The translations under genes and the position numbers were made by a program. From assembly GCA_001949185.1 (NCBI GenBank), contig BDGG01000021.1, forward strand, positions 86,817 through 150,816: a stretch of 64,000 bases of DNA. The letters are read 5' to 3'. Source of the DNA: Ramazzottius varieornatus (Eukaryota > Animalia > Tardigrada). Below are positions 11,969 through 24,117 of the stretch, one piece after another. How positions within the stretch are numbered: position 1 is the first letter of the stretch; every line of letters begins with the position of its first letter. The notes under the pieces are model-generated. The model was not told where the DNA came from, searched no databases, and saw only the letters and a program-made list of their open reading frames with translations.

Positions 11969-13325
11969 TCCCGTACCTTTTATTTCCCACCGTACGTGTA
12001 CATATTTTCCAAACGCTCTGTCGACTCGATCGTCCATACAGTCGCTGGCCAGCAAGGTGTGGTGGTTTAAGCTTGGCTGTGGCCGAGGGCTGCATCCCTC
12101 GTCGTAATCCAGTCAGCTGGACTGTCATTGCTTCGCGCGAAACTAATGCAAAGAGCACAACTGCTGTATCCCGCAGAGCAGTTGTGGTCTCGACCTGAAG
12201 AAGAGTTTTCTGCGACGAAGAAAACGCTGCCCTACTCATCACCGATTGGTTTAGCCTGTCTGCACGCGCTCGCTGCAACCGCAGTAATGGGTGCACAACT
12301 GCACAACTGTGGATGCCTTGCAAGGCATCGGGCCAAGGCTTACACAAGTCAGTTCCCTCTTTTGCTTGTGCCTAACGGTCTTGCTCTTGATTGGCTCATG
12401 TTGATTGTTGGGATGTAATATCTTCCCCGTGTTGCACCCTGCTTCCGTATTCCCTTTACGTCCTGAGCTTGCTGGTGGCATGTCTGAGAGGCTTGTTGAG
12501 GATAGGGTAGAAGTCTGATCAAATTCCGGCTTGATTCCTCCTGTTCCTCGCTAGGGCTAGTTGCCAGGACACGAAGTGTTCGACCTTCTGTCCTGGATCG
12601 GTCGTAAGTATTGGGGTGAAAGATTACTCGTCCAGCGAAGCCTAGACTAGTGGGCCTGTTTCCTGTTGGGGAATACCTGCGGTCACAGGACGAGAGCCTC
12701 GTTGTCTGTCGGAGCAGAGCAGAGCCGAGCACTTGTCGAGTAACACTGAACTTGCAGGAACAACGATAGCTTTCTGAAGGTGTTACGTTGACTCCGTTAA
12801 CATAGTGCATTCCAGGATCATCAGGGAATTTAGCTCCCTGGCTCACATCGTAGAAGAGACTCTGTTCTGTCGCTTTGCCGGAACAGTTTGACCATCGAGA
12901 GGTGGGGACAGGTATAATCCCATTGTTGAAATTCCACACTTTTTATATTCACATGAAGTTTTGTGGCTTTCGTGTGCCCGCGATGATTGCACTGAGGTAT
13001 CGGCTTCAGGACGCAGTTGATCTTACGGTCGATACACTGTCGTCTCACGTAAGACGATGCTTAATCGTAACTTGTCATTGTTCTCCATCTTGGGCCGTTG
13101 CCTTGCCAGATTGTATTTCACAACTTTTCTTCCATAACCGACATTTTCTATCTGTCTTGCTGCAAATTTTTACCAAAAATTATGCGCTCATAAGCAGACA
13201 AACTGCCACCTTATACTGGATAATGTTTGCGACTGTAATATTCGTCTGTAAACTCGCTGACCAAATATTATTTATAAGCGTTGGTGTGCAGGTCTTATCG
13301 CTGTTTCCTCGTCACTACGGAGAGC

Positions 13326-13937
13326 ATGTCCACAATGTGCTTCATCATGAGTTCAAAATGGTTGATTCTAAGTGTGGCTTTAGTCATTTGTGTCGCACGG
13401 AATGGTATTGCCAAACCACCAGGTCGTGGAGCGCTGTCACTCTCGGTTCAGACATCTGTCAATGATGACGACAATTCCGATCTGCCAGACTCTGACCTGG
13501 AAAACACCTCCCCGTCGCCTGATCCTGAATCGGATTCGAATTCGGATTCGGATTCAGACAGTGATGATGTCAAATCTCTCTTTTCGATGGTGATGGCTGC
13601 GCTTGAACCTAGTCATAGTGGGGGCACCAACAGAAACCAGTGGCTAGACTCACATCCGCATAATCATCATAATCAGCACAATAACGGACATGGAGGTAAC
13701 AATGGTGGCGGTGGTGGTGGCGGTGGAAACGGTAACCGAGGCGGAAGGTGTGCGGGAAGGGAAGCTGATGGTGCAGATGCGATAGGTGGATCCGGTCCCG
13801 CCAAGGGTCGTAACGGCAAAGGTGCTCTCGGTGTTAACGGCTGTGGAGCGCGGGGTGGAAATGGAGGTAACGCCGTAGCTAGTAGGGGAAACAACGCACA
13901 AGGGGGAAACGGCGGCTTTGCAATTGTCACGAAGTAA
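13326..13937 (+). CDS. Secreted Gly-rich precursor A (signal peptide, acidic Asp/Ser pro-region, CAGREA Gly-rich domain)
   Basis: Signal KWLILSVALVICVA; D/S-rich and H/N/G-rich linkers; C-terminal CAGREA..GVNGCGARGGNGGNA..AQGGNGGFA; intronless ORF. Confidence 0.75.
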   Translation: MSTMCFIMSSKWLILSVALVICVARNGIAKPPGRGALSLSVQTSVNDDDNSDLPDSDLENTSPSPDPESDSNSDSDSDSDDVKSLFSMVMAALEPSHSGGTNRNQWLDSHPHNHHNQHNNGHGGNNGGGGGGGGNGNRGGRCAGREADGADAIGGSGPAKGRNGKGALGVNGCGARGGNGGNAVASRGNNAQGGNGGFAIVTK

Positions 13938-15135
13938 TTTACCATAGGACAAAGAGCAGTTTGAAAATAAGTGCCAACTTTCTCAATAACAACAGTTTCT
14001 GCCTTCAGCGGAGTCAGAAGGATTTACGATTGTAGTGGTTACGTGGAGTCTTTTACAGTAAACTTTGTTTTTCCGTCTACACTCCGTGGATTAACTTTTT
14101 TTGTACGGCGAGTTTTTACACGGTAATTTCTTTTCCGAAATACGGTATGTATGCAAAAGCACAGTAATATTCGATCAAGTCACCCAATATATACTCGCCA
14201 AATACTCAACATGATCGATACTCCGTATTCCGCAAGATGCAGAATAAAGTCTCTGGGACTGATGGGGAACGGTGCTGTGGCTGCAGTTCATGGCGGAACA
14301 TCAGACAAGGAACTCATGGCTGATCCCGCTGATCTCAAAGATCGTGCGAGAGAGAGGAACGAGGAAGGAGGAAACCGATGGCCGGCACATTATAGCAACC
14401 ATGTGGACTTCGACTACAACGATAGTGGGGAGGACCAACCAGATTACGGTGGTGAGGCTGAAGAAGAGACGGAAGAGCCCATTGTGAAGTCTCGTGTGAG
14501 ACGCATTAAAGGGACCATTTTGTCGCAAGATGGACAGCGGCGTAGATGGATCGAAGTCGACCAGCATGGAACTGGTGGTGACAGCCTGGTCATTCACAGC
14601 ATTTCGCTGATATCAAGGATAACGCCAGAGAAGTTGCCGTCGAACAGGATCGATCGGCACGTGAAAAAGACGGCGATGGGCAGTCGTCGTAGACAAGCAG
14701 CGCTTGTCCAGCAAAGAACTTCGGCAACTAACTTAAGGCTGCTCAAAAGACTGCTGCCTGCACCGTACAACCTGCTCCATTCACTTGCTTGATCAGCCGT
14801 TTGATCTCTCACGATACAGTTATAGATGCTTAGGCCAGATCACGAAATACGTTACTCGAAGCAGATTGCGTGCATTTATGAGGATGACGAAAGCGACTGA
14901 AACTTTTGACAGACGGCCCATCCCCAGTAACAGGTCGTATTAGAATAACCAAGATACGTATAGCTAGGAGTTCCTACCTAACATAATCATATCGTGGAAT
15001 AACTGATGTACCCACGAATGTTCATTTGTGCAGGCGTCTGCATGTGGTTCGAATGGGTTCTTCTTGTCTCCTCAATAATTGATTATTGATTTTAGTAATC
15101 CAAGGGAAGGGATACTATATTTTAATGGTTAAGGA

Positions 15136-15666
15136 TCACGTATCAGTTGTGTCGGCATCCCCTCCCTTTCCGCCCGTGGCGTTTTTGCGAAGTCCCGATC
15201 TGGCGAAGCCACCCGGTCCACCGTACGCTCTGCACAGACGGATGGCACGAGCGTCTCCTCCATCACCACCTTCGGCTGTGCCTCCGAAGGCCGCTCCTCC
15301 TTTCCCAGCTACAGCTTCCCTTCCCGCACAGTATCTCTTGTAGTCGAAGCTTGATTCCCATGTTGATGGTCCCGTTGGAGGCGAGCTGGAGCTCGAGCTG
15401 GAGGGTGGCGAAGGTGGTCTGGGCCGAGAAGTGCGACCTGGAGGCGGTCGCTGACGCCCTTCACCATCCTCTTCGTCTCCGTCGTCATCACCCGTTAGCC
15501 ATCCATTCTTCACGATGCTTTTGCCGCGACTCCCATGCGATTCCGACACAGTATTCGCCTCTGCAAATTCTCTTCTTCGCATGGACTCAGTATTAGACTG
15601 AAGACCCGATGCCCATATCACAATAACACATAACACCAACAGATGCAGTGTCCCGTGGAGCGGCAT
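15136..15666 (-). CDS. Secreted Gly-rich precursor B, paralogue of A
   Basis: Signal LHLLVLCVIVIWASG; acidic and Pro/Ser linker; KR-YCAGREA..GGDGGDA..C.AYGGPGGFA..ATGGKGGDA. Confidence 0.75.
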   Translation of the reverse strand: MPLHGTLHLLVLCVIVIWASGLQSNTESMRRREFAEANTVSESHGSRGKSIVKNGWLTGDDDGDEEDGEGRQRPPPGRTSRPRPPSPPSSSSSSSPPTGPSTWESSFDYKRYCAGREAVAGKGGAAFGGTAEGGDGGDARAIRLCRAYGGPGGFARSGLRKNATGGKGGDADTTDT

Positions 15667-16269
15667 TCTGAGTAAACACTCACCGCAAAACAATGATAAT
15701 TTCAGCGACTGAGTGTGGCGTTTGATTAATGATATGAGGTTTCTCTGTCAGAAGGCGACTGTGGTTGTAGTCGGCTCAATTACCTATTAAGTTCTTAACC
15801 TACTATAGATCCAATTAGCCCGTCTTTTGACATTGATATTTCTCTCTGTATCGTCTCCATCGGCGAAAACGAATTATAGTTGACTGATAGATTTCAGCTA
15901 TGTCTTTTTATCGCTTACCATTCATGCCCGGCGGTAAAGACAGCGTCGTGCGTTAACCTGATTTTTGTAATCTGTAATATCTGGCACAACTGGAATGAGT
16001 GCAGTGCTATGTGGTTTGTGATTGTAATGTATAGCTGCGTAAGTATCACCATTATCACGTTGCGTCTTCGAACTCGATCGGGCGCTGTAGAAGGGACTGA
16101 AACTGAAAGTACTATGTAATTTGCGGTGGACATCAGACTCAGTCGGGGGGACTGAAACTGAAATGCTTGGGATATCAGTTTTAGTCCCTGGAAGGAAAAA
16201 GGGAAATGCGGGAACGCTCTTTCCGAATCCTTGGGTTTCCGTTTTCCCAAATACAGAGGAGGATCTCGG

Positions 16270-16668
16270 GTGCCTTCATGAGGCTTCATGATCGGTGGAC
16301 CTTGGTCTTATCCGGAGTAACCGATGATTCTTTCTCGTCACCTTCCACATCTGGCGTGAGCGAATCAAGTTTTGGAACTCCAGCTGTTGGAACTCCAACT
16401 GTTTGAACTTCAATTGCGAACAAGAAGTCTGGCGCTGGTCGAAAATTTCTGTTATGTGACAGCCAGTCATGTCATGTGTAATATGTCAAGTACCGGAAAC
16501 ATGCTTAATTGAAATGATTTTAATTGGAGTTCGGGCATAAGTTGAATTGATAGATAATAGCGAATTCAAGGGAAGTGCACCTACTGCAATTAGAACTGTA
16601 GCATCAGGGAAAATTTTAATAATCATAATAGACAATAAAATTCTGAAAGCTATAGTAAAATAACACTG
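16270..16668 (+). mobile_element. Diverged 3' remnant of the CAGTGTTATT hAT family
   Basis: Ends in ..AATAACACTG and aligns visibly with the 3' end of 34524-35530 (AAAATTTTA..ATAGACA..AAAATTC; CTGTTGGA.CTCCAACTGT). Left boundary approximate. Confidence 0.6.
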
Positions 16669-16705
16669 GACTGAGTTGACCATAGTGTAAAATGTGCATA
16701 GAGCC

Positions 16706-17330
16706 TAGTGCTGGCAGCGATACGGTATACCAATATCGTATCGAAATAGATCGAATCTTTGCGATAAAATATGCGGTAGATATCGTATCGAAAATATCGA
16801 TATGAAGCTCATATCGAATAACGCAATAAAATATTCGGCAATATCGTATCGCGCCATATCGATATATTATCGATATATCGGTATTTTGCTGAATGGCAAA
16901 CTCGCCAGCGATATATCGTTTACGGAAGACCATGGTTGATTTCAAAGACTTGATTTTGGCCATGGTGTACCGAGCACACTCCGCCCATTCGGTTTGGTAC
17001 TAATTCCGTCCAGATTTCCATGTGTCTGAAGTCTTGATATAGTCATGTCTTTGCTGCATCCGACGTTTTCGATCTTACTAGTACCCCATGACGAAATCGG
17101 CTTCTTGCGTTTTTTGGGCTTGGACCAGTAAAATTTCGAAAAACTAAAATTCCAGAAATATCTATATATATATCGCTGCGATATGATACGATATATCGAA
17201 AACACGGTATCGGAAAAATATCGTATAGAAATATCGATGTCGAATGAATATCGAAGACCGCGATGAAATATCCGATCATATTGTATCTAAAAGTATCGTA
17301 TCGAATTCTATCGTATTTTTGCCAGCGCTA
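16706..17330. mobile_element. hAT-type MITE rich in ATATCG/CGATA subterminal repeats
   Basis: TIR TAGTGCTGGCA / TGCCAGCGCTA; CATAGAGC flanks both sides (offset by one base) once the adjacent insertion is removed. Confidence 0.75.
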
Positions 17331-17333
17331 CAT

Positions 17334-17770
17334 TAGAGCACGGAATCTAGTCGCATGTGCTGCAGTGCACTACAGCTGTGCTGTGCTGCAGCACAGCTGC
17401 AGCGCGTGAACTGACGAAATTTGTGCGGCACAGCACAGCATACAGCAGAAAGCCATAGACTACCGCGCACTTGCACCTACCGAAACGTAACAAAAAATTA
17501 CAGTTTTGGGGCATTCGAACGTCAGCCGTCTCAGCTTTGCCGTACTTTATGGCAACGTTTTCCAGATTGACTACCGATTTCGCTGACTGAATTACAAACC
17601 ACGTCAATACATCGGCGTTCCGCGCAGTTGCACCAGTTCAACGTGCATCTGCAGCACAGCTGCTTAGCCACTGGGCATAAAAGTTGGGCAACACAGCGCA
17701 GCGTACAGCGCAATGGTAATGTGCGCAGCACAGTTACAGCGTACTTTTGGACCTGCGGCCCAGTGCTCTA
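17334..17770. mobile_element. hAT-type MITE rich in GCAGCACAGC repeats
   Basis: TIR TAGAGCAC / GTGCTCTA; perfect 8-bp TSD CGCTACAT at 17326-17333 and 17771-17778. Confidence 0.85.
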
Positions 17771-17892
17771 CGCTACATAGAGCAATAATAACGAACACGT
17801 CGAACAACCTTAAAAATGAATTGTAAAACAGGTAAAAAAGTGTAGAAAACAGAGCTGGTTCATGGGACGGGATCACGGGTGAATTGAATAGA

Positions 17893-18436
17893 AGGCTCGA
17901 CGAAGCTGAAATAAGCCGTTTTAGCCGTTCTTAGCCGCGATAGAAATATTTTACCCGCGGCTAAAACATCAAATACAACGCGAAATTCGAGAGCCAAGTC
18001 CAGGAAAGCGAGGTCTGACTCTGATTCCAACAAATATCAACTTGCCGGGTTTGGTTTGAGGGCCTACGGGTTCTATTTTATGCAGTCTGAGCCGTTGTGG
18101 GACAAATTTCGCCGCGACTGAAATGTTCGGACCTTCAGGTGGGATATTTGTAACATGAACTCTGCTTTCTTCGCGGTGAAATTTGCCCCTGACAAACTGC
18201 ATAAGGTGGAACCCTTAACCACTCAACCCTCCAAACCCCTCAACCCATCAAACCCCACAACCCACCATACTCCGCAAGTTGGTTTATTGCTGGAGTCAGA
18301 GTCGGACCACGCTTTCCTGGACTTGCACATCACAATTCAAGGTCCTAACTGATGGCTCCCGAATGTCGCATTGTATTTGGTGTTTTAGCCGCGGCTAAGA
18401 ACGGCTAAAACAGCTTATTTGAGCTTCGTCGAGCCT
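17893..18436. mobile_element. Non-autonomous element with ~150-bp imperfect inverted repeats
   Basis: AGGCTCGACGAAGCTGAAATAAGCCGTTTTAGCCGTTCTTAGCCGCG.. is mirrored by ..CGCGGCTAAGAACGGCTAAAACAGCTTATTTGAGCTTCGTCGAGCCT. TGAATTGAAT occurs near both flanks. Confidence 0.7.
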
Positions 18437-19619
18437 ACAGTACTACACTGAATTGAATCCTTGGGTTTCTTTAGAACGTTTCTTTCTTTGGGTTTCGGGA
18501 GCTTTTAACCTGAGTGCGACGCCTAGAGTCGAAATACAACCGACATTTGAAGAAAAACTGGGCAAGACCAAAGAGCACGTTTGAAGTACCGCAACAGTCT
18601 ACGGAGCCGAAATTCTGTTCTTTCCAAATCTTGAAGATGTTTCCCGAAGCGATCGCGGTGAAAGTCATGAGATGGTGTTCAAAAATAGCGGCATCGAACT
18701 TTGACCAAAAGCAGAAAGTACGTACGTGCTTGTCGCACTCGTGCCAAAATCGCCTAGCCGTCCTGCACCACGAAATATGCGCCATTCGGCGACGCGCACA
18801 TGCATACAAACAAGTTAGCGGGAGATGACTCGGTTCAGATGTCCACCAACCTGCAACGGAAACACTCGCAGAGCGGAGCAGAGCAAAGGGAAAGACTCTA
18901 GGGAAGAGTCAGCCGCAGAACAGATGGCAACAGAACAGGCCAGATAGACGACAAGAGCGGTGAAGGTGATGATGGGACAAGTTGAGGCTTCTTCAACAAG
19001 CCTGCAAGAAAAACACGGTTGGCCAGCAGACGTTCCACTCTCCACAGTCAAAGGCTCGAACCGAGCACTTACTCGGTAGAAAGAGGCAGAGGGATATAGA
19101 TGGATACAGGGGACGAAGATAGCGAGGGATGCCGGAGAGCAGAGAGATTTCGTAACCTACCGGTACTCTGATGCAATACACCACCAGCGCTAATCATTAA
19201 TCAAAAACTTAACCAAACCTATCGGCGGCATAGCGTTGTTTCTGTGTTCGACGAAAGCTGGAGTTGAGTTAGCTGTTGATTGATGGAAAATTTTACACTA
19301 TGGTCAACTCACATTGGATATATGGCACTCCGCCGACAACGATGCTTCATTGTGGTACAGTAATGATTCTCACTCCTTGAATACGTCACGGTAAAGCCAA
19401 CTTAACAGAGGATGTGCGGTGAACGTTGGAAATTGCTTTCAGTGGTCAAACAAACTTGGAAAAACGCCAAAGATGGTTGGCTAAAGCATGGAAAGCTGTC
19501 ACGTGCCGTTGGATGATGTGTGGGTTTTCATTCTGCAAACCACCAACCGTTTCGCTCAACCATGTAGAAATCGGTCGTGTGACTGTGACGCATTCAAGAA
19601 GGGAGAATTATTAGTGTAG

Positions 19620-20514
19620 TTGGGGACGTTCTCTAATTTCGAAAGAACGAAAGCCGAAGGATTCGTGACTGGGAAGCGGACAAAGATTAGTGAGCGGACT
19701 GTGCAGTTTCGTCTCAAATCGTGGAACACCAGGATAGCTACTCCTGTGAAGAATCCCCTAACCTACGACCATCGTACGATGCGAGTAATCTGGGCACTCG
19801 ACATGCTGGACAAGCTGAAGAAAGACAAAAACTACCTGAGCTACGTTGCTTTCAGCGACGAAGCAAGCGCGAAGTTCGACTGTGGCCGTTACACTGTAAG
19901 TTCAAATGTAATATCAAGAGCCAAAGGTGTCACAGTTTATTAAATGTAACTAGCTCTGGGTCCGCTTTATTTTCAGATTCGACTTTTTCCGGGCGAGAGC
20001 AGATACAACGCCGACTTCCAGAGAAAGCTTCCACCTGGACGGTTCAGTGTCATGTGCCATGGAACAATTACTCGCGATGCTCCATTGTCCTTCTTCATTG
20101 TAGATGGCTCAATCAACCAGTTCAGCTATTCCGTGATGTTGGCGAAGAAAGTGATACCAAAAATCAGAGAGCGCCGCAAGCACAAGAAGCGTGTTATCTT
20201 GATGCACGATAACGCACCATCTCACAAGACCAAGCTGGTTTCAAGCCTACCTCAAGAAGTGCCTTCTGACGATTCTTCCTTGTCCACCGTTGTCGCCCGA
20301 TATGAATCCAATAGAGAATGTTTGGAACATAATATGGGATTACGTTGGGAAGAGGTGCCCTAACACGAAGAAAGATCTGGAAAGATTGTTGTATGAAGCA
20401 TGGGATAAGCTTGCAACTCCTGAGCTTTGTAGAAAGTTGTACGGTACAATGGAAAAGCAGATTGAAGATCTTTTGCTCAATAACGGTTTGCGAATCATGA
20501 ATATAGGCTCATAG
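19620..20514 (+). pseudogene. Tc1/mariner transposase pseudogene
   Basis: SERTV..RL, VAFSDEA, ILMHDNAPSH, SPDMNPIENVW motifs; probable intron ~19896-19976; frameshift near 20250. Confidence 0.85.
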
Positions 20515-20551
20515 GCATCACTTATATTGACAGCTAAGGGAAGGAACAATC

Positions 20552-23512
20552 ATGTCTCTTATCGACTGCGAGATGCCTCCTCTTAGGTTTTCAGGTGAAA
20601 TCGGGAAGAAGCTGACGTTCTTGTACGGAAACGTCAATGGCATCAGAAGCAAAAGCGAGAAGAAGGCAGATATCGTCGCGTTGGTCGAAACTTGGGCAGA
20701 CAACTCTACCCCTGATTGTTTGATTGCTGACCCTGAACATTACAATCTCTTCCGGAAGGATCGAGAAGGATGCAAGAAGCAAGCGGGAGGAGGAGTAGCC
20801 ATCGCCATCAAGAAGGGGCTACAAGCTGTCAGAATGGAGAGCCTGGAAGTGGACGGTGTGGAGGTGATGTGGATCAAGATGATTGCTTGCGTTTGAACGT
20901 CCTGATCGGACTAGTTTATGCGCCAGCTTATGATGCCCAAGTCTTCTCGAAGCTTCGCACGTCGATGGAGCTCATTCCACCATTCTTACGGCGGAATATT
21001 CTCCTAGTTGGTGACTTTAATTGTCCAAAGATAGTCTGGGATGGCGATACAAGTGGAAAGTCGGAAAGGGACAGGGATTTGATCCAGTTGAAGAACGAGT
21101 TTAGACTGTGGCAGAAAGTGAAAGGCACCACTCGAAAGCGGGGACGAAGCGAATCACCACTCGACCAGCTCTTCGTTACCCAACTGGGCTTCGTTCGCAA
21201 CACCAGGATCGTTAACCCACCTTCAGCTACATGTGACCATTAAGCCATCGAAACCAAGCTGATGCTTATGACTCCGAACTTCAAGACGAAGCCAAAGCTG
21301 GTGTGGAAAATTGACGGGGAGAATATCAATGTTTTCAAGACTGCACTATCATTGATTGATTGGGGCCAGGCGTTTGATTTGATGTGCAATGTCGATGTTG
21401 CCGTTACTGTTTTCAAGGATAAATTCATCGCTGCTGCGAAGAGTGCTTTTCAGTTGAAGTCTGTCGGAGCCAAGCGTCTTCATCGTCCTTCCCTCTCCGA
21501 AAGAGCTATTGATAGCTTGCGAAGATGTGGAAGTGCCTTTAAGAAATGGAGAAGAACAAGGGATCAAGCAGATTATTCAAGTTGGAAGGAGCTCGAAGTT
21601 AGCAAGAGAAGGATCATCCAGTCTGACAAGCATCGTCGTCTTTATGGCATCGCAAAAGCATCCCGCAGAAATCCCCGAGCAGTCTGGAAACATGTCAAGA
21701 AGAACACCTCCGCTGCATCTATCCCGCCTATCCCGATACCTGGTCATGATGAGAAGTACATCGTAGATCCGCAAGACAAAGCCGAGTTTATCAGCCAAGA
21801 ATTCTCCAAAGTGTACCCTGCCTGTCCACGCCACTGCCTGCCATCAACCGTTAGCCATGGTGAGCCGATACGTGTTGAGCCCCCAGAGACACCCCACTGC
21901 CCGCCACTTCACTTCACCACCTCGGTGATCTTGAAGCAAATCCAACGCCTAGACTCTGCTAAAGCTGCTGGTTCCTTCCTGATAGCCAACCAGCTACTCA
22001 AGATCGCGGGAACATCCGTAGTATATCCCTTGTCAAGACTGTTCGACCTGATCGTCAGCAAAAGAGAATTCCCCACAGCGTGGAGGCAGGCCGAAGTGGT
22101 ACCAGTACCAAAGAAGGGAAGCTCTTCCTTTCGTCCCATCTCCCTTCTACCACCATTATCCAAGCTGTTCGAGAAGATTGTGGCGAGTCATCTGAGTAAC
22201 TATCTTGATAAGAATAATCTACTTTCAGATACGCAGTACGGATTCAGAAAGCAGAGGTCGACGGAAATGCAGTTGCTCCATATGGCTCACCAATACTCGC
22301 AAGCCCTCTTACAAAGAGCCGAAGAAGACGTGGTTCTTTTGGACTGTTCGAAAGCCTTCGACAAGCTTCCGCACTCGTCCATCGTCACTAGCCTGTCAAG
22401 TCATGGAGTGAATGGTGAGATGAAAGGTTTGCTGTCTGATTACTTGAAAGGAAGGAGCCAAAGAGTCGTGGTTGAGGGACATTTCTCGTCGGAACAATCT
22501 GTCCCATCTGGTGTACCGCAGGGTTCAATTCTTGGCCCACTCCTCTTCACCATTGCCGTTAACAGCCTAGCCAAAAGCATCAGTTCCACGGTCATGCAGT
22601 ACGCCGATGACATTGTTCTGTCTCGAACAATCAAGAAACATGAAGACTGCGTTCTCCTCCAGCAAGATCTCCAACGGTTAGTAGCATGGTGTAAAGAAGT
22701 TGGCCTCGAAATCAATCCGGAAAAGTCGCAGCACCTCCGGATCTCGAACAAGCGGGACAAGAGTGTGAAGGTTCCAGGCGAATACTACGTGATTAGTGGC
22801 AAGAAGATCCCTTTGGTGAATGAAGCAGTTTGCCTCGGCGTAACTTTCTCAAGCAAGCTCGAATGGACAGCCCAAGTGGACAAAGTGTCGGCCAAGTGCA
22901 GGCAAAGATTGTACGCTGTCAACGCGTTCTTTCCCCAGCGATATGGAGCAGTGAAGCAGCTTCTTTACAAGAGCAGTCCACGACTATGCCTCGTCATGCT
23001 GGTTCCCTACGACCAAGAGCCTGCAAAGACAGCTGGAATCCATTCAAAAGAAGTTCCTGCAGAACATCCGATTGAGCCGAGCAGACAAAGACAGGCACGG
23101 TCCAGACTTCAAGCGATACCGCCAGCATTTGCAAGAAGTCGCATGGAAGCCACTCTGGCATCGACGCTGTGAAAACCTCCTGGTGAACGTCTTTCGAATT
23201 CGGACTGGTAATTTTGCCAGCGGTAATCGTCTGCTGAAGAGCCAAGAACCAAGCCGGAACTTGAAAACAAGGAGTCAAGCCAAAATCCTGATGATGCTGC
23301 CTGTCTCCACCGCTCCACTGTCCTGCAAGCTTCTTGAGTCCACTTCCGGCTCGTTTGCGTACATCACCGAGGCATTGCTCAAAGATAGCCTTTTTTGTCC
23401 ATCTGCTCTTCATGTAAATAGCTTGTTGAGTTTTAAGAACTATCTGAGCGGGCTAAACTTCTCGAATTTCATGTGGTGCAAGAACAACGTAGATGTACTT
23501 CTGCTGGTTTAG
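20552..23512 (+). mobile_element. Non-LTR retrotransposon (CR1/L2-like) ORF2: AP endonuclease + reverse transcriptase, degenerate, 5'-truncated
   Basis: APE motifs LVETW, GGGVAI, VGDFN, LD.LF, CDH; RT motifs FRPISLL, QYGFR, LDCSKAFD, GVPQGSILGPLLF, YADD; frameshifts and stops near 20890, 21243 and 22980. Confidence 0.9.
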
Positions 23513-24117
23513 ATTTTGAGATTTTAAAAACGAAAAAGTTGGTTGTTTTTGTTTTATATACCAACAGAGTAAAAGGTTAACAACCAAGTGATGATTCTGA
23601 GATAACTGAATGTTGGGCTGTAATTTCAGTAAAGTACTAATCAAGGCCTCTGATTGTACCGCCTTACGACCCCGCCCGGATTGTCGATTGATTGATTTGC
23701 CACTTTTACAACAATACTTCGGCAATGGTAAAGAAAGATGCACAGTTCAGCCAGCAGTCAGCCGAGACTTGGAACCAAATGTGTAACTGAAACTGAATAC
23801 AACACTGGCTCAAAGCTGAACAGCCTGAAGGCCATACTGACTCTTCTTCATAATTATGCTCCTCGTCGTGATGACGTCATCGCGGAGCAGTGTGCAGCGC
23901 CCTCTGTTGTCACCGTCGTTTTGCTGACGTGCTGGAAACAAACAGCTGATCGTTGACCAACGCTGTACAATCAGAGTGGTTGATTTGTGCTTTCTCATTA
24001 ATTTTATTTTGGAGAGACGAATTTCTTTGAGTGATCAGGACTGCTGAAGACATTACCGCATGCATCTGTTGAAACTGTTTATAGCATAAGGTCCGGCTGC
24101 GCAAGCTCACTTCTGCC

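Noticed and set aside
12349-12939. ORF containing YRCSCK, a possible SWIM/MULE remnant
   Set aside because: The remaining SWIM ligands and transposase motifs are not visible.
14151-14792. 213-aa ORF between the Gly-rich paralogues
   Set aside because: No signal peptide, recognisable domain or similarity to neighbours; cannot be supported as a gene, though not excluded.
16706-17770. Short recurring motifs resembling a CRISPR or satellite array
   Set aside because: No constant repeat-spacer period; they are subterminal repeats inside TIR/TSD-bounded MITEs in eukaryotic DNA.
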